Below, in pieces: positions 1-9,951 of a DNA stretch of 13,926 nucleotides; the first letter of the stretch is position 1; each line of letters opens with the position of its first letter. The translations under genes and the position numbers were made by a program. The notes below the pieces were generated by a model. That model saw only the letters and a program-made list of their open reading frames with translations. It was not told the origin of the DNA and did no database searches. Origin of the DNA: a virus (lineage: Duplodnaviria; Heunggongvirae; Uroviricota; Caudoviricetes; Crassvirales); IMG/VR virus record IMGVR_UViG_3300032053_000036, positions 64,001 through 77,926 of that record; one strand, 5' to 3'.

Positions 1-1
1 T

Positions 2-292
2 GTAAGACTTATGCCTGGTCAAGATGAACATGTAAACTATTTTAAACTTTGGAAGGAAATATTTATTGCAAAGCTTAAGATGGGTAGAGAGAAAGACTTT
101 ATTGATTTCAAAGCATTTGTTCCTTTTACAAAATCTCAAGAAGGCTTTAGATTTAACTATAAAGGTTGGAGACACATAAGTTCTGAATCATCTCCAAACT
201 ATGCCCTTGAAGATACATATGATCAAAAACTAAAAGAAACTCCTCCTGATAGACAAGATGTTGAATCAGAGGAGGATCCATTCACTTGTTAA
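2..292 (+). CDS. 3' end of an upstream gene, truncated by the window edge; hypothetical, possibly another large virion protein
   Basis: The frame is open from position 2 (gta aga ctt atg...) to TAA at 290-292, so the ATG at 11 is probably internal. It has an acidic tail ending ...EEDPFTC. No family recognised. Confidence 0.7.
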   Translation, partial: VRLMPGQDEHVNYFKLWKEIFIAKLKMGREKDFIDFKAFVPFTKSQEGFRFNYKGWRHISSESSPNYALEDTYDQKLKETPPDRQDVESEEDPFTC

Positions 293-307
293 AATTTACA
301 ATAGATT

Positions 308-3300
308 ATGAAGTGTGACGTAAGACTAAATAGTATTAATGCAATGCAAGATAAAGGTGCTGTTAGTGGTTCAATGGAAATCACTGATGTCAATTTATTT
401 AAAAGATTGAATAACAAATATTCAGATCTTGCTAGAGATAAATATGGTGTTACTAATGAAGGTGTATTATTTGAAACACAAATAAAATCAATAAGAAGAC
501 CTGGTCCCACTCCTCATTATAGAGAAGATAACTTAACAATTCTTAAAGCTGTTCTTAATGATGAAATGTTTTCTGAACTTCAGAAGAAGCATGATGAATA
601 CCATGCAAAGAATCCTCCTACACAAGGAGTGATGAAACAAAAACCAGGAACAGTTGGTACAGCTGCTTCTCCAAAAGTTATATCTCTTGTAAAAGAGTTT
701 CTTAAGAATATAGGAGTAGATATAAAAACAGTAAAGAAAATTGTTACAGCTGATGGAAGATACCTTGATGATAATGGTATTGCAGAACTTACACAAAAAC
801 TAATTCAGATAACAGAAGGAAAAGAAGATGTTGCTCTTACAGAGGAAGCTATGCACTTTGCTGTTGAGATTCTTGAACAAACCAATCCAACATTATTCAA
901 TAAACTCTTAAATGAAATAGGAAACTATAACATATACAATGAAACATTAGCTGAATATTCTTTAGATGAAGACTATCAAACTCCTGATGGCAAACCTGAT
1001 ATAAGAAAAATAAAGAAAGAAGCTATAGGTAAACTGCTTTCTGAAATGGTGATTGAGAAAGGTGAAGCAATGATTGACGATGAGGGCAAGTTGAACAAAG
1101 CAATGGGTTTCTGGCAGTCTATTGTTGAATGGTTTAAAAGTCTATTTGTTAAAAGTGGATTTGATCAAGCGACAAGAGACATTCTCTCTGGAAAAAACAT
1201 AGGCACTGCTGATGATATCAGAGCTGAGGAAGGTGCTATAATGAAACAGAAGTCTGCACAAGATGCTTTATATGATGCTATCAAAACTAAGGCAGCCTCT
1301 ATAAGTAAAATAGATGAAACTTATTACATAGGTGATAAAGAAATTCCTATGAGGGTTACGCAATTAGTTGATAAATGGTATGAAAGAAGATTTAGATCTA
1401 AAGAATTAATAAAGAGTGACTATCAAAAAGCTGTAGATGATCAAAGAAAAGAAAAAGGTACAGCTGGTCACAAAGATATGGAGTATGCGTTCTCAAGGTT
1501 TGTAGATGATGATGGTTATCTAAGAACCACTTATTTAAAAGACGATGATTACGAATCAAAGTTGAATAAGTTTGAAAGAGATATGTATGACACACTTAGA
1601 GATAATCTAAGAGCAAGGCTTGAATCTTTTCCAAAAGGAACAAGATTTTTAAAAGAGATGATTATATATAATAATAAATCTCTTGCTGGTACAATAGATT
1701 TCATGGCTATCACTCCAGATGCAAAAGTTAATATTCTTGACTGGAAATTTATAGATATAAGTAATGAAGATTCAAAGAAAGATGTTCCTTGGTATAAGAT
1801 AGCTGCTTGGAATCTTCAGATGGAAAACTATAAGAACATTTTAAAAGTGGGGTATGGTGTTAAAGAGGAACAGTTTGGTCAAACAAGAATGATTCCTATT
1901 AGAGCTGAGTATGTACCAGGTAGTGCAAAACAAAATAGATTACCTATTCTTATAGGTGTACAAATAGGTGATGTTAATGTAAAAAATATTAAAGACACAT
2001 ATCTTATTCCTGTTGGATTAGAAAATGAAAAGACTGGAAATAAAAAAGTAGATGAACTCTTACAAAAACTAAATGCCATCTATAAAAAGATGTCAGAACA
2101 AAAAGCGTTACCATCTCAAAAGCGTGAGAAGGCTGATCAGCTAAACTCATTGTTTCAAGCAATTAGACAATTGCAAATGAGACAAGATGTTATACCTCTA
2201 ATCAATCAAGCACAGGTTTTAAATAAACAATTACAGAATGTAATAAACACTTACACAACAAAGTTTGAAGGACAAGATCCATCAAGCTTTACAGATGAAG
2301 AAATAAGTTCATTTGCTGCAGACTTGTTAAATGCTAATGATGCTATTTCTGTATATTCAAATCTTAGTGGTTATTTAAGATTCTTATTCCAAACAGGACA
2401 AGAGCTTACAGAAGATGAGAAAAAACTTAAAGATTTAATTAATGATGTTGCAAGTGAGGCAAAAGATATTGAAATGACTCTTGCTGAAAAAACAGAAGAG
2501 TTTGCAGATAAAATCATTGCTGGTTCAGAAGGAGTGAAAGGAATACTTTCTCCAGAAAAGATAATAAAAGGTATAACAAAGATGTTCTCATCAACATCCA
2601 CTATACAATTAAAAGCTATGGAAGTGCTATATAAAAAAGCAAATAAAGCTTTTACATATGCAGCAATGGATACATTAGATGAGACTAAACAACTTCAGAA
2701 GTTAAAAGAAGAATATGATAAATGGGCTAGATCAAAAGGAGTTTCTTTAAAATCTTATTTTGATATCATCAAGAAGAAAGACTCTAACGAATTGATTGAT
2801 GAATTTAATCCTGAATTTTATTCTGAACTTAGAAAGAAAATACAAGATAAGGATATAACTTGGCTTAAAGATAATGTAGACATTACAGCATTTAAAGCTG
2901 AGATGGCTAACAAGCTTAAAGAAGAATTTGACAGAATAGAAAACAAAACAAGAGTGGGTACTACTGATGAGATAGATAGAGATATTAAAAGAGAAAAAGC
3001 TGATGCTATAAAACTTTATGATTTGTCTACAGATACATCTGCAGGATGGTATCAATACGATCTTCTTAAAAAGTTTCCTGATAGAAACAAATGGGAATCT
3101 CAACAATGGAAAGTATTAACAGCTAAAGGTAATGAAGCAGCAAAAGATTTCTATGATTATATAGTTAAAAGAAATAAATACTATAATGAGATTGGATATA
3201 TAAATGCTAAACAAGCTAGGGTGTTTCTTCCATATGTAAGAAAAGGATTGATTGAAAAATTAATATTTGGTGGAAATGTTTCAGTGGGTGAACAGTTGAT

Positions 3301-5221
3301 GAGAAATATATCAATTGATGAAGGAGATGTAGGATATGGTAAAACAGATCCTATCACTGGTAAACCTATTGATACAGTTCCTATCTATTTTACAAAAGAA
3401 ATAGAAGGAGAATTAAGCACAGACTTATTTAGAACAATGGCTCTTTACAATGAGATGGCCATAAAATATAAATATATAAGTGATATCGAGGACCAGATGA
3501 GAGCTATTGTTAGAGTGGAGAAGAATAAACAAGCTATCAAGACATCATACTTTGGAAAAACTCAATACAAAGATGATGGTCAAGTTGATACAAATTCTGA
3601 TAATAGTGAGAATGCTAAGCTAGTAGAAGACATGATGAAAGCTATTGTATATGGTCAAAGATATATACAAAGCGATAGTTTTGATCTTGTATTAGGAAAG
3701 CTTGGAAACTTTGGCGAAAGACTGAATAAAAAACTTGGAGTAAAAATACTTCCAGAAAATTTAACTGATAGACAATTAAGTATTAACAAAGTGGTTACAC
3801 AGTTAAATAATACATTTCAACTTACCACATTAGGATTTAACGTTCTTTCTGCAACATCCAACTTGTTTGGTGGTACAGCTCAGTCAATAATCAATGCTGG
3901 TAAATACTTTACAAAAACTGATTACACATCTACAGAAGCTTGGCTTATAATGAATAAGATGGGTGGTCAAGATGCTAAAAAAGCAATTGCTGCATTGCAA
4001 TACTTTTTGCCTTTGACAGAAAACTACAATAAAGAAATAGCTAAAACACTATCTCTTTCTAAGTTCTCTGCAGAAAACTTACAAGAGTTTTTAATGATCT
4101 TGATGAGAAAGTCAGACCTTCATGTACAAACTGTAAACTTCTTTAGCTATTTAAAAAACTCAATTATTGAAAATGGTGAAGTTGTAAACGCAAGAGAATT
4201 TCTAAGAAAAGATCCTAAATACTCAGACAGATATGCAGGAACAGTAGAACAAAGAAAAGCTCTTGACCAAGAGTTTGAAGAAGCTGTTGAGAAGCTTGTA
4301 GAAGAAAAAGGTGTTATGAAACTTGGGTCTATTGTAGATGGTGAGTTTGTAATTCCAGGAATAGATAGAAAATCTAAATCAGTAGTTAAGCTTAGAAGAA
4401 CTGTTCAGAGCATTAGTAAAGATGCATTAGGTAATCTATCAGATGATGATCTTCGTAGAATAAACATGACTGTCTATGGTAAATCGTTTATGATCTTTAA
4501 GAACTGGATACCTCGTCTAGTAGATGTTAGATTTGGAAATGTTAAATACAACTCTGCATCAGATGCGTATGAGTGGGGTAGAATGAGAACTGTATATAGA
4601 GTGATGTCTGAAGATCTTATGAAGAGTCTTGGTAATCTTAGAAACTCTTTGTTAGGAAATGAGAAAGGTGTTGACTTTTTAAGACAGCTTTATGAAAAGA
4701 AAAAAGAAGAATATAAGAAAGATACAAACAAAGATCTTGAGATGACTGAGACAGAGTTCATGGATCTTGTTAGATCTAATGTAAGAAATCAAATGTATGA
4801 TGCAATATTCTTATTAACCTTACTGTCTTTGTTCACTGCTTTAAAAGCTTACGAGCCTGATGATGAAGAAGATCCAGCTGTTAAAAATCAGTATAAATAT
4901 TTACTAAAATTAGCAGACAAGCTGAAAGATGAGTTGATGTACTTCTACGATCCTACAAGTATTACAAAATTAGTGTCTCAAGGCGTGTTTCCATCAGTGT
5001 CACTGATTGATAACTTTATGAAAATGCTTAAAAACTTTATGATTAATAATTATGCAATTGCTGTAGGAGATGAGAAGTTAGAAAAAGAAACATATGTTTT
5101 AAAATATGTAATGAAAAGCTTTCCTATGGCATCACAAGCTCTAGGTTGGTTACCTATGTTCTATCCAGATATGGCAAAAGATCTTGGTATAAAAATGCAA
5201 TCAAGATCAGGTATTAGGTAA
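308..5221 (+). CDS. Giant putative virion/ejection (polyvalent-type) protein with a degenerate zincin-like module, a PD-(D/E)XK nuclease module and a long helical C-terminal region
   Basis: 1637-aa uninterrupted ORF. EEAMH at 842-856 is followed by KEAIGKLLSE near 1016-1045. Nuclease motifs: GTAGHKDME (from 1457), E (1655), LAGTIDF (1682-1702), ILDWK (to 1747), QMENY (1817-1831). It lies directly upstream of the fibre genes. The virion role is inferred from size and context. Confidence 0.8.
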   Translation: MKCDVRLNSINAMQDKGAVSGSMEITDVNLFKRLNNKYSDLARDKYGVTNEGVLFETQIKSIRRPGPTPHYREDNLTILKAVLNDEMFSELQKKHDEYHAKNPPTQGVMKQKPGTVGTAASPKVISLVKEFLKNIGVDIKTVKKIVTADGRYLDDNGIAELTQKLIQITEGKEDVALTEEAMHFAVEILEQTNPTLFNKLLNEIGNYNIYNETLAEYSLDEDYQTPDGKPDIRKIKKEAIGKLLSEMVIEKGEAMIDDEGKLNKAMGFWQSIVEWFKSLFVKSGFDQATRDILSGKNIGTADDIRAEEGAIMKQKSAQDALYDAIKTKAASISKIDETYYIGDKEIPMRVTQLVDKWYERRFRSKELIKSDYQKAVDDQRKEKGTAGHKDMEYAFSRFVDDDGYLRTTYLKDDDYESKLNKFERDMYDTLRDNLRARLESFPKGTRFLKEMIIYNNKSLAGTIDFMAITPDAKVNILDWKFIDISNEDSKKDVPWYKIAAWNLQMENYKNILKVGYGVKEEQFGQTRMIPIRAEYVPGSAKQNRLPILIGVQIGDVNVKNIKDTYLIPVGLENEKTGNKKVDELLQKLNAIYKKMSEQKALPSQKREKADQLNSLFQAIRQLQMRQDVIPLINQAQVLNKQLQNVINTYTTKFEGQDPSSFTDEEISSFAADLLNANDAISVYSNLSGYLRFLFQTGQELTEDEKKLKDLINDVASEAKDIEMTLAEKTEEFADKIIAGSEGVKGILSPEKIIKGITKMFSSTSTIQLKAMEVLYKKANKAFTYAAMDTLDETKQLQKLKEEYDKWARSKGVSLKSYFDIIKKKDSNELIDEFNPEFYSELRKKIQDKDITWLKDNVDITAFKAEMANKLKEEFDRIENKTRVGTTDEIDRDIKREKADAIKLYDLSTDTSAGWYQYDLLKKFPDRNKWESQQWKVLTAKGNEAAKDFYDYIVKRNKYYNEIGYINAKQARVFLPYVRKGLIEKLIFGGNVSVGEQLMRNISIDEGDVGYGKTDPITGKPIDTVPIYFTKEIEGELSTDLFRTMALYNEMAIKYKYISDIEDQMRAIVRVEKNKQAIKTSYFGKTQYKDDGQVDTNSDNSENAKLVEDMMKAIVYGQRYIQSDSFDLVLGKLGNFGERLNKKLGVKILPENLTDRQLSINKVVTQLNNTFQLTTLGFNVLSATSNLFGGTAQSIINAGKYFTKTDYTSTEAWLIMNKMGGQDAKKAIAALQYFLPLTENYNKEIAKTLSLSKFSAENLQEFLMILMRKSDLHVQTVNFFSYLKNSIIENGEVVNAREFLRKDPKYSDRYAGTVEQRKALDQEFEEAVEKLVEEKGVMKLGSIVDGEFVIPGIDRKSKSVVKLRRTVQSISKDALGNLSDDDLRRINMTVYGKSFMIFKNWIPRLVDVRFGNVKYNSASDAYEWGRMRTVYRVMSEDLMKSLGNLRNSLLGNEKGVDFLRQLYEKKKEEYKKDTNKDLEMTETEFMDLVRSNVRNQMYDAIFLLTLLSLFTALKAYEPDDEEDPAVKNQYKYLLKLADKLKDELMYFYDPTSITKLVSQGVFPSVSLIDNFMKMLKNFMINNYAIAVGDEKLEKETYVLKYVMKSFPMASQALGWLPMFYPDMAKDLGIKMQSRSGIR

Positions 5222-5288
5222 CGCTATATTATGCACCAAAACTTAATGAAGATCATTGAAAACCCTTTAAAATAAGTAATTTTATATT

Positions 5289-6917
5289 ATGAGAACAGCT
5301 GCAATTTGCCCAACATGTGCCACATACATTAATGCATTATGCGTTATATATGATGGTCCAGGCCTCACTAATATTAATGTGGCCCCATTGGATAATCTTG
5401 ATGATATCCTTCAAAGTATTAACGACAATCTAGTTCCTATACATGGATCAGGTGCTCCTACAAATGGAGCTGTATATGAAGGACAACTTTATATAGATGA
5501 TGTAACAGGAGAAGTTTATATAGCCACCACTACAGGTGGTGGTGCTGGTGACTGGGAGCAGTTAGCTTTGCAGTCTGCTATTCCTCCTACACCAACATTA
5601 GATGATGTTTTACTAGCTGGTAATGCTTCTACACAGAACATTATTATTGAGGACAATCTTATTACACCAACAACTGTTGCTACTATTAGTCCATTGTTTG
5701 TATCAGTTTTTGATGTAGCAGCTGGTGATGTGACAAAGCTTGAATCTAAAGCCTTATCGTTTTATGATGGAGCAAGTGGTTTTACAGCTACAATAACTGC
5801 TCCTGCAACTTTCACAGCAAATACAACTATTGCCTTCCCAAGCTCTAGTGGAACAATAGCTCTTCTTTCAGATATAACAGCAGCATCAGATATTCAAACT
5901 GTATTAACAGCTGGAAATATTGCTACAGGTATAGGTATGCTTATTGAGAATTCTGTAATAAGTGTTTACAATACAGGTGTTATTAATAACATTGATATAG
6001 ATGGAACAACAGGATCTATAAGAATTACAACAGCTGGTGGAACAGGAGAAATCTCAGCAACTAATTTAACTGCTAATCAATCATTTGAACTTCCTGATCA
6101 AAGTGGAACATTTGCTTTGACAAGTGATATTACACCTGCTACATTACAAGCTGTCACTGCTGGAACAAATAAAAATCTTATAGATGGTATTAACTTACAA
6201 GGTACTCAAGCAGGAGATTCTCAAACTGGAATTGAAGTAATTGGTATTGGTACAACTGCTTTATTTAATAATACAGGGAGTTATGTAAATGCTGTTGGTT
6301 TTGGAGCAGGAGTAGGAAATACAGGACAAAATTTAGCTGCTTTTGGTATAGGTGCAGGTACTACAAATTTAGGAGATAATGCACTTGCACTGGGATTTGG
6401 TTCTTGTAGTAATAATTCAGGAACTGATGTAATAGCTGTTGGTTACTATGCAGGTGAAAATAATACTGGTGATAATGTAGTTGCAGTAGGTTTTGAAGCA
6501 GGAAAAACTAATGCTGGAATATATGGAGTGTTTGTTGGATATCAATCAGGAATTAATAACACAAGAAATTTTGTAACAGCAGTAGGCTCAGGTTCTGGTC
6601 AAAATAATTTAGGAGACGTCCTTTCAGCTCTTGGATCAAATGCAGGATCAAGTAATTCAGGAGCTAGTGTTGTTGCTATTGGTAATGCTGCTGCAACATT
6701 AAATACAGGAAATTCTGTAATTGCTATTGGTAATGGTGCTGGTATAAGCAATTCATTAAGTGGAATGACAATTATTGCTAATAGTTCACTTCCTAGTTAT
6801 TTAGATTTTGCTGCTGCTTCAGCTGCTATTAATATAGGAACAGGAGCATCTTCTGGTTCTACATATCTCTACCATGATCAAACAACAAATTCAATTGGTG
6901 CTGTAAGAATACCTTAA
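5289..6917 (+). CDS. Putative tail fibre/adhesin protein with a C-terminal beta-roll-like repeat head
   Basis: 542 aa, rich in G/T/A/N. It has a Cys-rich N-terminus, a spike-type segment GxGAP...GQLYID..TGEVY...W, three TL/IxxVxxxxN neck-like motifs, two P..SGTxALxSDI motifs and 12 tandem 16-aa repeats. Confidence 0.8.
   Translation: MRTAAICPTCATYINALCVIYDGPGLTNINVAPLDNLDDILQSINDNLVPIHGSGAPTNGAVYEGQLYIDDVTGEVYIATTTGGGAGDWEQLALQSAIPPTPTLDDVLLAGNASTQNIIIEDNLITPTTVATISPLFVSVFDVAAGDVTKLESKALSFYDGASGFTATITAPATFTANTTIAFPSSSGTIALLSDITAASDIQTVLTAGNIATGIGMLIENSVISVYNTGVINNIDIDGTTGSIRITTAGGTGEISATNLTANQSFELPDQSGTFALTSDITPATLQAVTAGTNKNLIDGINLQGTQAGDSQTGIEVIGIGTTALFNNTGSYVNAVGFGAGVGNTGQNLAAFGIGAGTTNLGDNALALGFGSCSNNSGTDVIAVGYYAGENNTGDNVVAVGFEAGKTNAGIYGVFVGYQSGINNTRNFVTAVGSGSGQNNLGDVLSALGSNAGSSNSGASVVAIGNAAATLNTGNSVIAIGNGAGISNSLSGMTIIANSSLPSYLDFAAASAAINIGTGASSGSTYLYHDQTTNSIGAVRIP
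6183..6758 (+). repeat. 12 tandem 48-bp (16-aa) coding repeats, consensus approximately xxVxAxGxxAGxxNxG
   Basis: The units run in perfect register from DGINLQGTQAGDSQTG to NSVIAIGNGAGISNSL. At DNA level, ttgctattggtaatg occurs at 6673 and 6721, exactly 48 nt apart. Confidence 0.9.
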
Positions 6918-6927
6918 AATATAACTA

Positions 6928-9900
6928 ATGAATATAAGCTGTTCTGCTGAACCATGTCCTGTGATATTAGACTGCTCCTGTGTGTTTTACTCAGGAGCTA
7001 ATCTTATATATACAGGTGTTGTTACAAATGATACGCTGTGTGCAGCTCTTATTAAAATAGATAATAAGTTTAAGGATGCTGCTATAGGATATGTATTTCA
7101 GAATGGAATAATACAAGTTGTTCCTGGGGGTCCAGTGAAATTAGGTGGTACACTTACGCAGAACACTATTATAACAAGTGCAGGATATACACTTGCTCTA
7201 ACAGGAACAATAGAAAGCTCAGCTTTTATAACTACAGGAGGAACAAATCTTCAGTTTGTGAAAGGAGATGGTTCTCTTGATAGTACAACATATCAACCTG
7301 CAGGGAATTATATCACTGCTTTAACAGGAGATGGTACAGCAACAGGACCTGGTTCTGCTGTATTTACACTATCTACATCAGGTGTTATTGCTAATACATA
7401 TGGTTCTTCTACGCAGGTCCCTGTGATTACAGTAGATGCTAAAGGTAGAGTGACAAACATAACCAACACAACAATTTCTTATCCCTCACAATTGCTTCTT
7501 TTCTCAGGAGATGTCCTTGGTGCAGGAACTACAGGAGCTAATGTCACTCTCACCTTAGCTACAGTGAATTCAAATGTATATGCAACAAATACATTCTTGA
7601 AGTTTGCTGTTAATGGAAAAGGCCTTGTTACCTCTGCAGCCCCTATAATAGGAAGCGATATTACAACAGCATTAGGATATACACCAGTTCCTAATACAAG
7701 AACAATAACAATCAATGGTGTAACACAAGATCTTTCTGTAAACAGATCTTGGACAATTGCCACTGGCTCAGGAACAGTTACATCAGTTGGTGTATCTCCA
7801 GGAACAGGAATCTCTGCATCTGTAGCAAACCCTACAACCACTCCTGTAATAACAATAACCAACACAGCCCCTGATCAAACTATTGTATTAAATAATGGTA
7901 CAGGAATCTCTGTAACAGGAACCTATCCAAACTTTACCATCACTGCTACAGGAACAAGTGGTGTTTCAGCTGTAACAGCTACATCACCACTATTCTCTTC
8001 AGGAGGAGCTACACCTAATATAACTATTCAACAAGCTAGTGGATCACAAGATGGTTATTTATCTTCTACAGACTGGACTATATTTAATAGTAAAGAACCA
8101 GCTATATCTCCAGGAACTACATTGCAATATTGGAGAGGTGATAAGACTTGGCAAACATTTCCAACTATACCAACTGTTGGTACTTGGGGTGCTTTAAACT
8201 ATCCTACATGGACTAGTGGTACACCATTTGTAAAGATGACTGCAGCTGGTACATTTAGTCTTGATACTAATACTTATCTTACAAGTATAACATCATCTGA
8301 TGTTACCACAGCTCTTGGATATACTCCAGTTACAAATGCTAGAACATTAACTATTAATGGTACAGCTTATGATCTTACAGCTGATAGAACTTGGAGTGTA
8401 GGTACAGTTACTTCTGTAGGAGCTACTGGACCAATTACCTCTAGTGGAGGCAATACACCAACTATATCTACTTCTATGGCTACCAATAAGTTAATTGGTA
8501 GAAGCTCTGCAGGTACAGGTGTAATGGAAGAGATAAGCGTGGGTAGTGGTCTAACTCTTACAGGGGCAGGAATACTTAACAATACAGCTACACCTACACC
8601 ATTAGGATATTATGGTGCATTCTCTGATGTTACAGACCAATTTGCTACTGTTATAAATACAGGATATCCAATGTTATTGGGAGTAACTGATTTATCTAAT
8701 CAAGTTACAGTAGTTAGTGGTTCAAGAGTTACAATAGCTAACACAGGAATATACAATATTCAATGGTCTGCACAGTTTAGAAATCCAACAGCATCTGATC
8801 ATGATGTTACAATTTGGCTTAGAAAGAATGGTGTTGATGTTGCAGGTTCAGCAGGAGTTGTATTAGTTTCTAAAAAACATGGTGCTTTTGATGGTCATAC
8901 ATTACCATCTTGGAACTTTTTATTAGATGTAGTTGCAGGAGATTATTATGAGTTTGTATGGAGTACACAAGACTTAGCAGTATTTATTTCATTTGAGCCT
9001 GCAGGTTCCCCTCCACCATCTACAGCTTCTGTAGTTTTAACTGTTACACAGCAAAGTGGTATAATGGCAGGTACAGGCATCACAGCAATTAATTCATTAA
9101 CAGGTGCTTCACAAACAATAGTTGCAGGTACAAGTGGAACTGATTTTGCAGTTTCTTCAGTAGGCACTACACACACATTAAACCTTCCATCAGCAAGTGC
9201 TTCAGCAAGAGGTGTTGTAACAACAGCAGCACAAACATTAGCAGGTGCTAAAACATTCTCAACTGCACCTGTATTAAGTTCTTTAACTGCTTCTCAATTA
9301 CTTGCTTTAGATGGCAGTGGTAATATACAATCTTTAGCTGTTGCAACCTATCCAAGTCTTACAGAGTTATCTTATGTAAAAGGAGTCACCTCTTCAATAC
9401 AAACACAGATAGGAACTAAACAAGCCACTATAACAGGGGCTGCTACAACAATAACATCTTCTGACCTTACAGTGTCAAGAGCATTAATTAGTAATGCAAG
9501 TGGTAAGGTGGCTGTAAGCACAGTTACAGATACAGAACTTGGATATGTTTCAGGAGTTACAAGTGCAATTCAAACTCAGATAAATACAAAACAAACAGAC
9601 AGTGCTTGGGTGGATGCTAGTGCTCAGTCTATAACTGGATGGAGTGCTACTACAGTAAAACTAATTCAGTATAAGTTATTAGGTAGTAAGACTATGATTT
9701 TACAATTTAGAATACTTGGGACAGGTAGTGGAACAGCAGCCTCTATGGTATTACCATTTACATCATCAAGTTGGGGAACACAGACAAATATTTATAGAGC
9801 TTTAAATTCTACGACACAAGCTGCAGGTGCTGCTCAAGTTGCAGTGTCATCAACAACATTAACTTTTTATCCTTCAACTAATCCAGCAGCAGCTTGGACT

Positions 9901-9951
9901 GATGCTACACCAAGACAAGTGGAAGGAACAATAACTATAAATTTAGTATAA
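6928..9951 (+). CDS. Long Ser/Thr/Gly-rich tail fibre protein with an internal C1q/TNF-like domain and a separate C-terminal domain
   Basis: 1007 aa. Its Cys-rich N-terminus is paralogous to that of the previous gene. Stalk repeats include ...TVDAKGRVT / ...[10 protein letters not shown](I/V)TTALGYTPV...GTVTSVG twice, and TELxYVxGVTSxIQTQIxTKQ twice. A beta-rich globular segment spans 8605-9051. Confidence 0.85.
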   Translation: MNISCSAEPCPVILDCSCVFYSGANLIYTGVVTNDTLCAALIKIDNKFKDAAIGYVFQNGIIQVVPGGPVKLGGTLTQNTIITSAGYTLALTGTIESSAFITTGGTNLQFVKGDGSLDSTTYQPAGNYITALTGDGTATGPGSAVFTLSTSGVIANTYGSSTQVPVITVDAKGRVTNITNTTISYPSQLLLFSGDVLGAGTTGANVTLTLATVNSNVYATNTFLKFAVNGKGLVTSAAPIIGSDITTALGYTPVPNTRTITINGVTQDLSVNRSWTIATGSGTVTSVGVSPGTGISASVANPTTTPVITITNTAPDQTIVLNNGTGISVTGTYPNFTITATGTSGVSAVTATSPLFSSGGATPNITIQQASGSQDGYLSSTDWTIFNSKEPAISPGTTLQYWRGDKTWQTFPTIPTVGTWGALNYPTWTSGTPFVKMTAAGTFSLDTNTYLTSITSSDVTTALGYTPVTNARTLTINGTAYDLTADRTWSVGTVTSVGATGPITSSGGNTPTISTSMATNKLIGRSSAGTGVMEEISVGSGLTLTGAGILNNTATPTPLGYYGAFSDVTDQFATVINTGYPMLLGVTDLSNQVTVVSGSRVTIANTGIYNIQWSAQFRNPTASDHDVTIWLRKNGVDVAGSAGVVLVSKKHGAFDGHTLPSWNFLLDVVAGDYYEFVWSTQDLAVFISFEPAGSPPPSTASVVLTVTQQSGIMAGTGITAINSLTGASQTIVAGTSGTDFAVSSVGTTHTLNLPSASASARGVVTTAAQTLAGAKTFSTAPVLSSLTASQLLALDGSGNIQSLAVATYPSLTELSYVKGVTSSIQTQIGTKQATITGAATTITSSDLTVSRALISNASGKVAVSTVTDTELGYVSGVTSAIQTQINTKQTDSAWVDASAQSITGWSATTVKLIQYKLLGSKTMILQFRILGTGSGTAASMVLPFTSSSWGTQTNIYRALNSTTQAAGAAQVAVSSTTLTFYPSTNPAAAWTDATPRQVEGTITINLV
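7657..8421 (+). repeat. Dispersed coding repeat pair D(I/V)[27 protein letters not shown] at 7657-7791 and 8299-8421
   Basis: The two translated segments align directly. Confidence 0.85.
9361..9594 (+). repeat. Coding repeat pair [21 protein letters not shown] (9361-9423) and [21 protein letters not shown] (9532-9594)
   Basis: 17 of 21 residues are identical by direct comparison. Confidence 0.9.

Noticed and set aside
1340-1990. Cas4-like motifs suggesting a CRISPR-Cas locus
   Set aside because: There is no repeat-spacer array or other cas gene, and no Cas4 Fe-S cysteines. The nuclease is a domain within a giant protein.
308-5221. Possible virion RNA polymerase, as in crAss-like phages
   Set aside because: No DxDxD-type or DFDID catalytic motif was found in this ORF. 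The fragment at 2-292 is too short to judge.
5256-5284. Promoter-like TTG-N18-TAATTTTA upstream of the first fibre gene
   Set aside because: The spacer is short, the -7 box lacks the final G, and such matches arise easily in AT-rich DNA.
7657-9594. Repeats in the fibre gene as possible diversity-generating retroelement TR/VR pairs or invertible segments
   Set aside because: The copies differ mostly at synonymous positions of all base types rather than only at adenines. They are direct in-frame protein repeats, and no reverse transcriptase or recombinase is present in the window.
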